DNA of 55,507 bases from Girardia tigrina (Eukaryota): assembly GCA_001938485.1 (NCBI GenBank), contig MQRK01187548.1:1-55507 (forward strand), given 5' to 3'. The position numbers were made by a program, and so were the translations under genes. The stretch's first letter is position 1. Every line of letters starts with the position of its first letter. This document shows positions 36,022 to 50,343 of this stretch, piece by piece. The notes under the pieces were generated by a model. It was given only the letters and a program-made list of their open reading frames with translations, searched no databases and was not told the DNA's origin.

Positions 36022-37291
36022 CAGGGTGTCCCAAAAATATGTATACACATTAAAAATTTAATTTTATTGATTAAAAAAGTAAAAATAAGTACGAGTAATA
36101 TTTATTTATATTGGTCACAGTTTGTTCTCAAACTNNNNNNNNNNNNNNNNNNNNNNNNNNNNNNNNNNNNNNNNNNNNNNNNNNNNNNCATCAACAAACA
36201 TTTCCCTTGGTATTTTGCTGCATTCATGTTCAATTGCTTCTCTCAATTCAGCGATTGTTGCAGGTTTCTTAGCGTAGACTTTGTCTTTTAAGTATCCCCA
36301 TAAGAAATAATCTAGTGGTGTTAGGTCTGATGAACGGGGAGGATATTCAACAAAACCTCTTCGACCAATCCACCTGTTTGTCAAGAGCTCATCCAGAAAG
36401 GAACGAACATCGCGATGGTAATGTGGGAGTGCCCCATCTTGCTGAAAAAAAACTCTTCATCTTCAAAGTCAATTCTAATGCTTGGAATAACAAACTGTTG
36501 NNNNNNNNNNNNNNNNNNNNNNNNNNNNNNNNNNNNNNNNNNNNNNNNNNNNNNNNNNNNNNNNNNNNNNNNNNNNNNNNNNNNNNNNNNNNNNNNNNNN
36601 NNNNNNNNNNNNNNNNNNNNNNNNNNNNNNNNNNNNNNNNNNNNNNNNNNNNNNNNNNNNNNNNNNNNNNNNNNNNNNNNNNNNNNNNNNNNNNNNNNNN
36701 NNNNNNNNNNNNNNNNNNNNNNNNNNNNNNNNNNNNNNNNNNNNNNNNNNNNNNNNNNNNNNNNNNNNNNNNNNNNNNNNNNNNNNNNNNNNNNNNNNNN
36801 NNNNNNNNNNNNNNNNNNNNNNNNNNNNNNNNNNNNNNNNNNNNNNNNNNNNNNNNNNNNNNNNNNNNNNNNNNNNNNNNNNNNNNNNNNNNNNNNNNNN
36901 NNNNNNNNNNNNNNNNNNNNNNNNNNNNNNNNNNNNNNNNNNNNNNNNNNNNNNNNNNNNNNNNNNNNNNNNNNNNNNNNNNNNNNNNNNNNNNNNNNNN
37001 NNNNNNNNNNNNNNNNNNNNNNNNNNNNNNNNNNNNNNNNNNNNNNNNNNNNNNNNNNNNNNNNNNNNNNNNNNNNNNNNNNNNNNNNNNNNNNNNNNNN
37101 NNNNNTTCATAATAAATTTTCTTTCTTCGAAGTTAAGCCTGCATGCCATTCCTATGATAGGGACTGAATCTACAAAAAACCTATTTATGTTAAAAAAAAA
37201 CTATTTATATTAAATATAATGAAATTTAAACATAAATAAAATTCAATAAAATTAAATTTTTAATGTGTATACATATTTTTGGGACACCATG
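36022..37291 (-). mobile_element. Tc1/mariner-superfamily element (DD41D-like)
   Basis: About 50-bp TIRs CAGGGTGTCCCAAAAATATGTATACAC flanked by TA; FQQDGALPH and WIGRRG..EYPPRSSDLTPLDYFLWGYLK motifs; centre lies in a gap. Confidence 0.88.
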
Positions 37292-37295
37292 TATA

Positions 37296-38103
37296 TGTTG
37301 AGTATAGTATTTAATTTTATTCTTTTATTCAATAAAAGTATTTTTATAAAATCCTTGTTTAAATTAACCCAAAGTTAAATAGAAATATTTACTTTTATTA
37401 CATTAAAAAATATAAATTATATATAAATAATAAGAATAAAACTCATTAAAAAGATAAATAAATTAAATAGAATAAAAAGAATGATTATGAAAGAAAGGAA
37501 AACACTATATTTAAAAAGATAAATAAAGACAATTATATATTAGAGAAGGACTACAAAAGGAGAAAGAATTTAAAGAAAATGGCGCCCAAAAAAGTTATGT
37601 TAATAATTTATATTATTAATTAAAGGAAAGTTCTAAATTATATTATTAAGCAGCTGTTTTCAGAAAAAGACTAACAGCTGATTCTAAATTGAAAAAGAAA
37701 AAGATTGAAGTATAATTGAGTTGGAAAAGAAATACTGAAGTTGATTTTGAATTGTAAAAGAAAGACTGAAAGTAGAAAATTATCGATTTAAAAAAGGAGA
37801 AAACATCTGTCACCACATATAAAAAGAACTCTGAGAAAAGCGAAGGAGAGTTGTGATTACTAGAGCTAAAAGGTTCATATAATTATATACTTTATATCAT
37901 TATATATCTTTTTATTAAAATAATCTGGGAAAGAGAATTCTCTTCTCGGTATTATCGCAAAATCTAAAATCTTAGCATAAGGCTTAAATTATTTTTAAAT
38001 ACTTTGTAAAATGTGTAAAGTGTGATTATTAAATAAACGTTGAAATATTAATAATCTTATTATTTTATTTCTATTTTTGCTATAATCACCCAATATCCCA
38101 ACA
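37296..38103. mobile_element. Putative solo LTR
   Basis: TGTTGAG...CCCAACA termini, flanks TATA / TACA (one mismatch), AT-rich interior. Confidence 0.5.
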
Positions 38104-38409
38104 TACATATACGTTTTATATTTTTTCTAACTGAACACATTATTTGTCATGAACCCAAACAAAGACTCTTTTCAATGTTCAAAAAGGTTAATATGGTACC
38201 CGGTTAAATTCATAATCTCGCCAGTAAATATAATCAATTATCTCTCGGATTCTTACTACGCTTAGATTTGATTTGATTTAATTATTTATTATTTCTCATT
38301 TCTTTATTTAAATTTGAATTTCATGTAAATGTAATTTTTTTAGTAAAGAATACGTACAAAATTAATGAATTTAATTATTAAAAAAACTAAAAACAAATAA
38401 GAATAAATA

Positions 38410-39007
38410 TTATGTTGAGAAATAAGTTCCCGCCGTTTTTTGAATCTTTAATCAATTTTTAATTAATTTAATATTTAAATAAAGTTTTTTGATGTAATGT
38501 TATATGTTATTTGAAAGCTATTGTTTTGCTCTAAAAATGGTGTATTTTGTTTTTTTATTCATATTAATTTTTGTCGATTTTTAGACCATTGAAATGGAGT
38601 GTCAAGTCGACAAAAATGAGCATTTCCGACACCATCTATTGTTTGCGTATAATCGAGGCGCCAAATCCGCAGACGAAGCTCGAGAGCTTTGTGCTGTATA
38701 TAGAGAAGGTACTATAGCTGATAGAACCGCTCGTGATTGGTTCGCAAATTTAAAATTGGCAATTTGACCTCAAAGATGCACCTCGTTCAGGATGACCAAA
38801 TGAATTCGATGAAGAGCGTTTGAACAAACTTTTGCATGAAGACCGGGCGATTTCTACCAAAGAGGCATTGAAAAACTCGTTGAACGTTGGGAACAAGTCG
38901 TGAACAATGGCGGAGATTATATTTGTGATTAATTTGTAGTAACTTTTTTGTTAAAAAATAAAATTTTAATTTTTCAAAAAACGGCGGGAACTTATTCCTG
39001 AACCCAA
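38410..39007 (+). mobile_element. Mariner internal-deletion derivative
   Basis: TIRs around AATAAGTTCCCGCCGTTTTTTGAA with TA flanks; MECQVDKNEHFRHHLLFAY N-terminus joined to the ...LVERWEQVVNNGGDY C-terminus. Confidence 0.88.
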
Positions 39008-39749
39008 TAAAAGTTAAACGGAATGGATAATCTACTCATCGTCCTCAAGCTACCAAGAGGTAATATCGTTTTTTCCCATTCTTCATATCTCATTTTTGGA
39101 TCCAAAGATTTCTGTCTTTCGTTTATCCAGCTGTAACTGTTAGTCTGAAAATGCAACCCAACTTTATTGTTTATATTCTATTGAGAAGATCTCTTTGAAC
39201 TTGAACAGGCTTCAGTAGAAAACTTAAAATTCTCAATAAAATCATCGAAATCCCCAAAGTCATGAATCTTTTGCAAATCGATTTTGGCCTATTTAAACAT
39301 TTGGTCCCTTCGTTTTATCTGCTCGAATCGCTTTTGAGTTCTGCTAAAGGCACCTGATACAATGTCCTCTGTTATAATCGCTTCGTAAATTGTAGAATTG
39401 GAAATAAATGGTTCCTTATCTAGATGACTGACTTTCTTTATTCATATCTTGGTCACCTAGATGTTCGTGCGAGACTCTCAATAACCTTTCGATGATAATT
39501 GAGAAAATTCTGTTTTATTTTTATTTATTTTTAAATTAATTTTTTTTCACATGTTTTAATTTAATTGCTTCATTTCTAATCTTCCAATGGTAACCAAATT
39601 TATGATGGCTTTAAAAATTTATTATTGTGGAATAATTATGTAAATATAAATGCATTTTAATATGGAAGTTGTTTTAATAATCCTTATGGTTAACCTATAA
39701 TTTAAATATATTTTTTGTTATTTAGAGATTCGCTTTTACAACAGTGGCA

Positions 39750-42700
39750 TAATGAACACGATGAAATCTGATAGTGGGGATTACCAGTCAAAATTACGGA
39801 AAGTAATTTTAATTTTGAACAGAATTCTGAAAAAGGACTCCATAAAAATTCCGAAAACGTTCGAAGAAGAGGACAATACTGACCAATCTTTGAAAAACAG
39901 ATGCATTTATGCGGTAGCTGGAGATATCGGATAAAGCACAAGCTGAATACTACATGGAATACTTGGAGGAATATGTCCACTGTTTCTTGAAAGTACACAC
40001 AAAAAATGGTTACACACTAAATTAAAAGAGTTTCGAATGGCTCAAAGAAACTTTTTTGGAATTGTACGAATAACAAAAAGTCAGATATTTCATGGTGGAT
40101 GAAACTATTCTGAATTCGACAGAAAGATGGTCAATCAACGAAGGAGTTTAAGAAACAAGAAGGAATTCGTTGTTTTAAAGAATTACCGGAGTTGACCTCC
40201 GAAGAAAGGGAGCCAAAAACTCTATAAGTTTTTATAAAGGGTTCAATGAATGACAGTTCTCAAAAGGCACTAAGTGTTGTAGCCTAAAACATTGGATGAA
40301 GCATTCAAGATGATAAAAAAGAATGTTTAACTCAGGATATATTGGTAACAATAAATTTACTGGTCGAGAATGATGAAATTCGTTATTATCCAAAATCAAA
40401 GAGGCCATTGCACCAGCAAAGTGCCATTTTTGCAAGGGATGTAAAGTACATGGGTCATAGAGTATTAGCCAATGGAATCTCAGTGGATAAGGATAAAATA
40501 AAGTGTTTCCAAGATTTTCCCCAGCCAGATTCTCAAGAAGAAATGAGAAAAGTCCTTGGACTTTGAGGATACTATTATAATTATATGAAAGAGTACGTCA
40601 AAATTTTTGCATCATTGGACGAGGCGTGTAAAGAAAGTTGGAACAAAGCTCACACTAGAAAATCATTCGTTACAATAGTTAGAATATATGGTCAAAGCAT
40701 TTCTTCATTTGTAACAATGTTTAATAACCACTTCGATTTTAGAAGTTCCAATCTACGATTTATTCAAATTAGATACGGATGCATGTGACAATACAATTGG
40801 ATATGTCGTTTCTCAAGTAACAAAGTGGTGAAGAAAATGTAATAGCCTACGCTTCACATAAGTTGTCTACAGCAGAACAACATTATTGTGTGACTCGAAA
40901 GAGTTGCTTAGTGTCGATAAATACATAAAAATGTTTAAACACTTTATTTTTAAGAAAATTTAGTATAAGAAGATACCATAAGGCTCTATGATCGATGATG
41001 AATAGGAAAAAACACAGAGTACAAGACAATTTAGTTCATGGCCTAATAAATTGAGTGTCTTTGATATGGATATCCAAGACAGGAAAGGAGAAAAACATAA
41101 GAATGTGGACGCTCTATCCCGAGCGCCAGAACAATGTCAACAATGTGCAATGAACCACAAATATCCGAAGGCAAAGCGAAATGTTAAATACTAAAATGAA
41201 AATCAAAATAATAAAAAAACTGTTGTCTATTACCGCAGGATAGTAATGGAAGAAGAGGAGGTCTGCCAGATGGATGATAATAATCTGACGTTGATAACAC
41301 TGACTTGCATTTTGAAAAACATTTTTAGATGTCTCAAATATTTTAATTATTCTAACATAATTCGAACACGCTGATTTAAATATGTACGTGAAATATTTCT
41401 ATCTCGTCAGAATTTTTCAAAAATTCAATTTTAACATTTTTATTTTTTTACTGATTTTTAACATTCTAGCTTCACGATTATTTACAAAATAATTTGTTCA
41501 AAATAATAATTAGTTAATTTTTTACAAAACATTAATAAAATGTAAAGTACATAAAATACATGAAACTTCAAATTAAGTACAAAAACTTTTTGATTTTCTT
41601 CCACATTCTTTAACCGTCAAATTCTCCCTTTTCAGCACCCAAGAATAGTCCGCTATCATGTTAACATCCCATCGTCTTTGATATCTGATTCCGATTGTTT
41701 TAATGTTGGTGTCTGTGTGTGTGTACAACATTGTCCATGTGAGTAATGAATATATACACAGATACATGCACATATATATTGGATTATATCATTGAAATAT
41801 CAGACGTTATCTGGATTGTGTAAAGTATTTTAGTTATATGTTGTTTTAAACCACTTTTTGAAATTTTGAAAAAAACTGAACGTCATAGAAAAAAAATATT
41901 TGAAATTAGCACATTGAAATATATTAGAAACAAGTTGCATTTTTAAAACATTTGATATCATGTATACCAGTGTAATTAAACTAATGAAAAACTAAAACTT
42001 TGAAGATCAATATCCTGGAGAATTTCAGAATGCAGAAAGAGAAGCCCGTGTGCTATGGCGTAATTGGAAGGAGTTGCGATTTAGAGGACACTTGCTATAT
42101 ATTATTCGCCAAGGGAACTATAAACTGCTGTTACCAAAAAAATAGAAGAGATGAAATCATGTTGCATGGGCATATCGGAATCAGCGAAACAACAGTTCTT
42201 TTAAAAGAGAAAGTCTACTGTTCAGGTATGTCTTTTGATGTTGAAATCTTTTTGATGAGCCGAAAAAATCAACGGCCAGTCAGAAATAAGGTTAATGGAT
42301 TCCTAAATGCAGGGTACCCCTTTGGAATAAAATCTATTGATTTAACAAGACCTCTTCCAGAAAGTAAAAAGTGATATAGATAAATCTTTGGAATTATTGA
42401 TAACTTTTTAAAATACCATATGTTTATACCGCTAAAAAATATGACTCCATGTTTGACAAGTAGATGGTGCAATTCGGAATCCCTAACAGGATACACTCAG
42501 ATAGAGGTACTGCTTTTGAGAGCGAGATCATACAGGAACTATGTGCACTTCTTGGAATAAGAATATTTTGCACCTCACCATATCTTTACCAGGGCGATGG
42601 GGTAATTGAAAGATTATTTGGTACAGCAAAAGACATGTTTTACACAACAGCCAAGTTATCCAGCTGTGAGCGGGTAGAAACAATTCCATTTGTTGAATTT

Positions 42701-42800
42701 GGACGAAGAAATACAATTTATAGAAGCACTGGATTCTCATCATTTTGTCGGAAAATGAGGTCATTCTACTCGTAAAAGTAATTGCGTCAAGCAAATGAGG
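39750..42800 (+). mobile_element. Highly degenerate Gypsy pol relic
   Basis: VKYMGHRVLANGISVD (RT end), IAYASH..STAEQHYCVTRK (RNase H), QFGIPNRIHSDRGTAFES and TSPY..QGDGVIER (integrase). Confidence 0.82.
41298..41972. mobile_element. Non-autonomous CMC (Chapaev3/CACTA-like) element inside the Gypsy
   Basis: CACTG...CAGTG termini with a 3-bp TAA TSD; excision restores the reading DDNNLTLIIKLMK. Confidence 0.7.
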
Positions 42801-43154
42801 AGAAACTATAAAAAAAATGTATCACAGAGCTTCAACAAGTGCTATAAGTAGTGAGCCTTTATTGTAACTTTTTATTAATTTTATTCCTATAAATTTCCTT
42901 CGTATAAATTTCTTTCGAATAAATGCATTCGTATAGATTTCCTAGAATCGAAATTATATATATGCGCTTTAGTCCCTTATATAAATAAAAATCAATATAC
43001 TAAAATGAAAAGATTCCAAAATGCGATCGAAAATCACATATAGGAATCAATACTAACTTCTACAAAAGTGTAGATAAGTATAATATATTGAGTCTTGTGA
43101 ACGCAAGTTTAATATTTTGAAAATATAATTTGATTAAAGCTTTTTTATATAATT

Positions 43155-43196
43155 ATTGGTCATGTTTCGATGTTTATATACATCATCATCAGCAAT
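43155..43196 (-). ncRNA. Minimal hammerhead ribozyme, cleavage-triplet variant
   Basis: AUUG-CUGAUGA-U-GAUGU(AUAUAA)ACAUC-GAAAC-AU-GAC-CAAU; GUC changed to GAC. Confidence 0.7.
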
Positions 43197-43248
43197 TTTC
43201 GGATATTTAGTCTATGAATATTGAATTTTTTAATAATACAATTTAATA

Positions 43249-45255
43249 TTAGGTGTACAACTAATTAATTTCGTATTTGTTACGAAATAACCTTATATTC
43301 GTATTTGGTACCTCATTTCATATTTGTTACCTCATTTCGAATTTGTTACTAACCTCATATCTATTTATGTAGTCAATAGTCAATTTTATTGAATTTTAGT
43401 AAACACACAAATTTTTTTTATTACAGTCAAAATGTCAAATTATGTTCCAACAAAACAGCATTTGCGGGATGTTTGCTTTTGTTCTTTAATTTAAGGAAAA
43501 GTGCAACAGAAGCACATCGTTTACTCTCAGAAGCTTATCCTCAATATGCTCCAGAGGTTAGAGTATGTCAGTAGTGGATTGCACGATTTAAAATTGGCGA
43601 TTTTGACACAGAAGACAAAGAGCGATCAGGTCCATCAAAAAAGTTTGAAGACAAAGAATTGAAGGCATTACTCGATCAAGATCCATGTCAAACTTAGGAA
43701 GAACTTGGAAAAACATTGGAAGTCACTCATCAAGTCATTTCTAAACGTTTAAAAGCAGCCGGATACATTCAGAAACAAGAAAATTGGATGCCACACGAAT
43801 TGAAGCCGAGAGACATTGAGAGACGATTTTGCATGTCTGTATTTATCGCCACAAAAAGAAACCGTTTTTACATCGTATTGTCACTGGCGATGAAAAGTGG
43901 ATGCATTACGACAACCCAAAGCGTAAAAGATCATATGTGAAGCCAGGCCAACCAGCCAAATCGACACCAAAGCCGAATATTCATGATTTGAAGGTAATGC
44001 TCTGTATTTGGTGGGATCAGAAGGGTGTTCTGTACTATGAGCTATTAAAATCGGGCCAGACGATCACGGGAGAGCTATACAGGCAACAATTTATACGTTT
44101 GAAGCAAGCAATAGCCGAAAAACGGCCAGAATGGGCGACCATTCACGAGAAATTAATTTTCCATCATGACAATGCTCGGCCACATGTTGCAGTACCGGTC
44201 AAAAATTATTTGGAAAATGCCGGATGGGAAATTCTACCTCACCCGCCTTATAGCACAGACATAGCTCCTTCTGANNNNNNNNNNNNNNNNNNNNNNNNNN
44301 NNNNNNNNNNNNNNNNNNNNNNNNCAAAGAGCGATCAGGTCCATCAAAAAAGTTTGAAGACAAAGAATTGGAGGCATTACTCGATCAAGATCCATGTCAA
44401 ACTCAAGAAGAACTTGGAAAAATATTGGAAGTCACTCAACAAGACATTTCTAAACGTTTAAAAGCAGCCGGATACATTCAGAAACAAGGAAATTGGGTGC
44501 CACGCGAAGTGAAGCGGAGATACGTTGAGAGACGATTTTGCATGTCTGAAATGCTGCTTAATCGCCACAAAAAGAAACCGTTTTTACATCGTATTGTCAC
44601 TGGCGATGAAAAGTGGATTCATTACAACAACCCAAAGCGTNNNNNNNNNNNNNNNNNNNNNNNNNNNNNNNNNNNNNNNNNNNNNNNNNNNNNNNNNNNN
44701 NNNNNNNNNNNNNNNNNNNNNNNNNNNNNNNNNNNNNNNNNNNNNNNNNNNNNNNNNNNNNNNNNNNNNNNNCCAGACGATCACGGGAGAGCTATACAGG
44801 CAACAATTGATACGTTTGAAGCAAGCAATAACCGAAAAACGGCCAGAATGGGCGACCAGACACGAGAAATTGATTTTCCATCATGACAATATTCGGCCAC
44901 ATGTTGTAGTACCGGTCAAAAATTATTTGGAAAATGCCGGAATTTGAAATTCTACCTCACCCGACTTATAGCCCAGACATAGCTCCTTCTGACTACCACT
45001 TGGTTCGGTCGATGCAGAATCACTTTTCTGGAATACGGTTCACCAATGTTGAAGGTATTAAAAAATGGCTTGATGACTTTCTCGGCGCAAAAGATGAGAA
45101 GTTTTTTTGGGATGGAATCCATAAATTGCCTGACAGATGGGAAAAAGTTGCTGCTTCCGATGGACAATATTTTGAATAAAATATTTTTTCACTTTTATAC
45201 TTAAATAAATGGTTTTTTAACAAAAAAATACGAAATTAATTAGTTGTACATCCAA
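43249..45255 (+). mobile_element. Mariner (DD34D) transposon, pseudogenised
   Basis: TIRs TTAGGTGTACAACTAATTAATTTCGTATTT / AAATACGAAATTAATTAGTTGTACATCCAA with TA TSD; WMPHEL, TGDEKW, HDNARPH, YSPDIAPSDY motifs; middle part duplicated across a gap. Confidence 0.95.
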
Positions 45256-45439
45256 TAGATATATTAACTTTAAAAGGTATTGTGAAAATTAAATATTATT
45301 ATTAATTAAAGTATTATTGTGTAATAATGGCAAAAATATTTATTTAAAAATTTTAAGTATTAAATAAACCTTACTTTGCCCATTCTGAATGTTAATTGAT
45401 GTGTTGTAGTGTCTTTTTAGTAGAGATTAAAAAAAATTG

Positions 45440-48400
45440 AATTGCTGAGATAGTAGAGGTGTCAGATAGTAGATGGTGGAGTCATGTTAAGCTGAACAAT
45501 CACAATGTATTAATGCTGTGGGATAGTGGAGCGGGTGTTTCAGTTATTAGTGAGAAGGTTTGGTTGGAAATCTGGCAAACCAGATTAGAAAAGAGTCCAA
45601 TGGAGCGTTTTCAGAAAGCCATAAGTGTTTGGGGAAAATGACAGTGAAGTTGAAATGGAAAGAAGAGTGCCATGTGGTAGATTTTTTAGTGGTGAAAACA
45701 ATCCAACCGACAGTCATTGGAGGTGTTAATGTCATACATACATTCGGAATCAAACTTGAAAAAATTACCAAGAAGTCAGTTGTGATAGTGGAGAAAGATA
45801 TGAAACTGCAAGAGCAAAACAAACGAGTGGAAGACCTTGTGAAACGATATGATGATGTTTTCATGAAACGTGAATACGATTTTGGAAACAACGGATATTG
45901 TTGTCAATAAAATTGAAACAGAAGGTAAATCGATTTTTCTGAATGCAAGAAGGCAATCGATTCATTCAGAAAGTCAAATCGAAGGATTTTTGAAAGGATT
46001 AGAAAAGGCAGGAATAATTCGGAAATGTAAAAGTTAATGGAACTTCCCGTTAGTCATTACGCCAAAGATAGAGGTATTCGAATTTTTCTAGATTTCAGAA
46101 AATTGAATGATGTATCAAAGAAAGTTTCCTTTCCAATGCCAGACAGCCAAATGTTAATGGATGCTCTGGTTGGCTCCAGAATTTTTTCCAGTATACATTT
46201 AGGCCAAGCATACCATTAAGTAGCATTGGTTCTCAGGAAAAGACTGCATTTAGCACAAGAAAACAGAAGTATTGTTTTAACCGTGTACCGTTTGGACTTT
46301 CAACAGCACCCGGAACGTTTCAGAGAATAATAAATTCATTATTTGAAGATTTACCATTCTCTGGAGTAGTAATATACCTAGATGATGTCTTAATTTACTC
46401 AAAATCTATGAAGGATCATATGAGACTATTAGAAGAAGTATTGAATAGACTGAAGAAAGCAGGTTTAAAAGTCAATCCATGGAAATGCAAATTCGGAGTG
46501 GGGGAGCTGGTATTTCTGGGACATATAATTAATAAAGAAGGTATCTCAACAAATAAATTGAAAGTGGCAGAAATTCAAAATTTTCCGATTCCAAAGTGTA
46601 CTCGAAATTTACGAGCATTTTTAGGTCTGTGTAACTACTATCGACGATTTATCAAGAAATACGCCGAATTAGCAGCACCTTTACACAGTGCATGTAGCGG
46701 AAAATGTAAAGAAATATTTTGGTCAGACCAGTGCGACAGAAGTTTTAACGAATTAAAGCAAAAGCTAGTGGTGTACCAATATTAGCATTTGTGAACCCGA
46801 ATAATAATATCATCTTAGACACAGATGGATCATTCGGATCGATAAGAGCATTTTTTAGTCAGATATCCGAAGAGAAAGAAGTAGTAATCGCGTATGCATC
46901 GAGGAGTTTAACCACACATGAAAAAGGGTACTGTGTGACAAGAAAGGAACTATTAGCTTTACAAGAGTTAATGTTACATTTCAAGAAATATTTATATGGC
47001 AAGCGATTTACATCAAGAACTGATCATAACGCACTGGTTTATATGAAGAGTACTTCCAAACCAATAACTTCTCAATTCCAGACATGGTTATTAAACATGG
47101 CGGATTTTGACTTTGATTTGAAGTATAGAAAAGGTGACGAACATGGAAATGCAGATGGATTATCACGGCTATATGACGACGTTTGTGCACAATGTGAAAC
47201 AAACCACGAAAAACCAAAATCATTAAAAGCAAGGGTGAAATACATCAATACAGAAGTGATTCAGTCTACAATTCAATGGATAAAAGACGAACAAGAAAAG
47301 TGCTCAGAGTTGAACCAGTTGAAACAAATACATGAGGCAGCAGAGGATGAAAAGAATGAAATAACCAAGGCTTTATTACAACTAAAGGATCAAATAGTTT
47401 ATCAGAATGGGTTATGGGATAGGTAAGAAGGAAATGGTGTGTTACCATTGGTTCCGAAGCAAATTAGAAGAGATTTCATCCGGAAAATACACAGATTTTT
47501 ATGTCTTGTAGGTATCAAAAAGACAATGAAGTATATCCAAAATCATTTTATGCTACCAGATTTAGCGAAAGAGGTGCAAATCGTTATAGGAGAATGTCTG
47601 GAATGTATACGCAGAAACATTCCAAGTGAAAACAAACAAAGGAGAAGTTGATTCCAATAAGAAGTGACGAGTTTTTAGAGCAAGTCGTGATGGATATCGC
47701 ATATTTGGGTGACAAGAATAGCATGTACCCATATACAGGGTGGGCCAAAAGTAGGGTTACAGTTGCTTCATTATCTGTTTCGCCTTCACAATCACGTTTA
47801 GATATAAATTATAGAAAGTGAATGAATTGAAAGATTACATTTCAGATGCATTCACTGAAATTGATGGAGATCGGAATTTGTGTCGTACTGTGTGTCAGAG
47901 TGTTTTGTACAGATATAGAGATTGTTGCAAGGTTGAAGGTGGACATTTTGAGCACTTGAGAGATTAAATGTTCAATGTAAAATGTTTATTATGTAAATAT
48001 AATGTATGTAAATAAATGTCTAAATTTCTAATAAAGATAAAATGTTTAAGTGTTAACTGTAACCCTACTTTTGGCCCACCCTGTATATTGGTCATGGTGG
48101 ACCACTTTTTGAAATTAGTCTCTTTGACAAAGATAAGAACTCAAAAGGAAGACACCATAGTTCAATGCGTGTTGATAAAATGGATATATAGATATGGGAA
48201 GCGAAAAACAATATTAACAGACAATGAAAAATGTTTTACTGACGGAAAATTTAACGATTTTTGCAGGAAATATGGAATCGAACAAAGATTTGGTAGCCCA
48301 TTTCAACATCAATCAAACGGGCTGGCAGAAAGAACTATTCGAACAGTGAGAGACATGATATTATAAAGCACAGGAGACACTACCAAACGATTATGGTGGC

Positions 48401-48825
48401 AAATTGTTTCGGAGATAGATTTCTGTATAAATGCAACAGTTCAGAGTACGACCGGATATTTACCCTTCGAAGTTGTGTTTGGTAGAAAAATAAACTTAAA
48501 GCGGCAACAGGAATAGCTAAAACGCATGAAAGCAACGTGATCAAGATGAAGGTAAGAGAAAATTTAGAGAAAGTGGCAAGACGAATGGAAAATTGGGAGA
48601 GAGAGAAGAGAACAAATTGACATTTTGAGGACAATCAAAAAGTCTTTGTAAAACAAGATCCTACAAAACTGAGAAAGGACACTTTCCCACTCAATGGACC
48701 TCACCAATTTTTAAGACATATCGCCACACCAATTGGAACTACAGAATCTTAAAGATGGAAACATAATTCGTCGAAGAATTGAGTAGATTAAGAAAGTATA
48801 TGACGAATTATACGAGGGGAAAGTT
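45440..48825 (+). mobile_element. Gypsy pol relic (protease, RT, RNase H, integrase) with PPT
   Basis: LWDSGAGVSVI, LDFRKLN, IYLDDV, FLGLCNYYRRFI, LDTDGS, TDHNAL, NADGLSR, SPFQHQSNGLAER; GAGGGGAAAG-TTGT at about 48814. Confidence 0.92.
47736..48083. mobile_element. Tc1/mariner MITE inserted in the Gypsy integrase
   Basis: Perfect TIRs CAGGGTGGGCCAAAAGTAGGGTTACAGTT with TA TSD; removal restores VVMDIAYL...YPYILVMVDHF. Confidence 0.93.
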
Positions 48826-48949
48826 GTGATTATTAATTTGTTTAAGTATTCTAAAAAGATTGTAAATACTAAATAAATTCTACTTGTTGATATTATGAAT
48901 GCTGAAGTGAAATCTGGAGATTTAACTGTCACCAACGCCTTCCATGAAG

Positions 48950-49320
48950 GATTTAAAGGTTCAATATGGGATAAAACCTTCAATATGAACATAGGAGTTA
49001 GAACAAGGTTGTGCTTTAGGTCCGTTCCTATTAAATATCATCTTCTATACAGTCCTGAAACGAGCAATATTGAATGGTCTTTCAGGAGTAGCAAAGATGA
49101 CTATTGAAGATAGAAGCTGCGTCGAGATCAACAGACTGGCTTACGCGGACGATCTCTGCCTGACGACGACCGACTGAAACAATCTTATCAGAAACCTAAA
49201 TCTACTGAATGACTCCTTTGTTGATTTAGGACTAAAGTTCAATATCAATAAGACCAAAGTTATGAACCTAAACGGAAATACCAAAGTTCTCACCATTGCA
49301 CACCAGCCTCAGACCGGTAT
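48950..49320 (+). pseudogene. Non-LTR reverse transcriptase fragment
   Basis: NIGVR/QGCALGPFLLNI, LAYADDLCL, LGLKFNINKTKVM. Confidence 0.8.
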
Positions 49321-49324
49321 TGAG

Positions 49325-49410
49325 TACCCAATACTTAAAATTTTCAATACTTAAAATTTTTAATAAAAATATTTTTGCCATTATTACACAATATTACTTT
49401 AATAAATTAA
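49325..49410 (+). repeat. Partial third copy of the Penelope-like pseudo-LTR
   Basis: Reverse complement of about 7915-7990. Confidence 0.65.
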
Positions 49411-50001
49411 AATAAAAAAAATAATAATAATTTTATTTTTTTAGTAAATAACTGTTGATGAAATTCGATTTTCTGATTGATTTTATCTGAAATTTTAGTT
49501 TTTTCGTTTCGTAAACGATTTGCGGGATATCTTGTTCTCGGTATCTGGTTTAAATAATTCAAAATCTTTAGATCTATCTGTCGAATTTCCATCAATACTA
49601 ACGATATTTGCGATTCGATTTCATGATCTGCTTATAGTGGTTTTTTGATAATTGATGTAGTTTAATCGGTGGACCATTTCTATTTCTCACCCTCTACAAT
49701 CAAACAGTCGGAATAAAGAAAAGATTCGAATGATTTACTTCAAAGAAGTATCTTAGGTTTGTATAATGTAAATAAATCATTTAATTTTGAAATTTTCATT
49801 TCTTAACAATGTTAAAAAATTAAAAAAAGCCTTATGGTCATTTTAAACTAAATACAATAAGTACATGACTCCCGTATAACGCGAGTTTATACAATGCGAT
49901 TTCATACATGTTTTCTTATGTCTTATTTTATACGATCCATTTTTATATGTTCGTCATTCATATTTTAAAAGTTTTTACTCTATCAACGAAATCTCATACA
50001 A

Positions 50002-50343
50002 CAGAGGTGTCAAAGTGGCGGCCCGCTTGCAACTTGCGGCCCTCAGATGCAAATCGTGCGGCCCGCGTCAGAAGTCTCACAAATCTAAATAGAACCACAA
50101 ACAGTATAATTTTACATAACAGTGACTAAAATTTCACTAAAAGCATAAACAGCTAGTGTTATTATAGTACTGTGGCATGGTTTCTTTTAGAATAAATGTT
50201 TTTTTTGAATAAATGTTTTCTTTTATACTTAGTTAAACAGTTTTTTCTGTGTTTGATAATGTAATTGACATTTCCATTGTGGCCCGCCGTTGCAATTCTG
50301 TTGTATTTAGTGGCCTGCACAACAAAAAGGTTTGACACCACTG
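50002..50343. mobile_element. hAT (Charlie/Buster-like) MITE
   Basis: CAGAGGTGTCAAA...TTTGACACCACTG with a perfect 8-bp TSD TCATACAA and subterminal GCGGCCCGC motifs. Confidence 0.92.

Larger units (their letters stand above)
43080..45428 (-). mobile_element. Penelope-like pseudo-LTR (copy of 7709-8052) interrupted by a mariner
   Basis: 43080-43248 plus 45258-45428 are collinear with 7709-8052. Confidence 0.8.

Noticed and set aside
36315-37167. Long ORFs in the track at 36315-37167, 4813-5118, 1166-1381 and 3535-3807
   Set aside because: They consist mostly of N or of (TA)n translation.
43616-44995. Apparent double transposase inside one pair of mariner TIRs
   Set aside because: The duplication straddles a 50-N scaffold gap; probably two haplotypes or collapsed copies, and cannot be supported as real.
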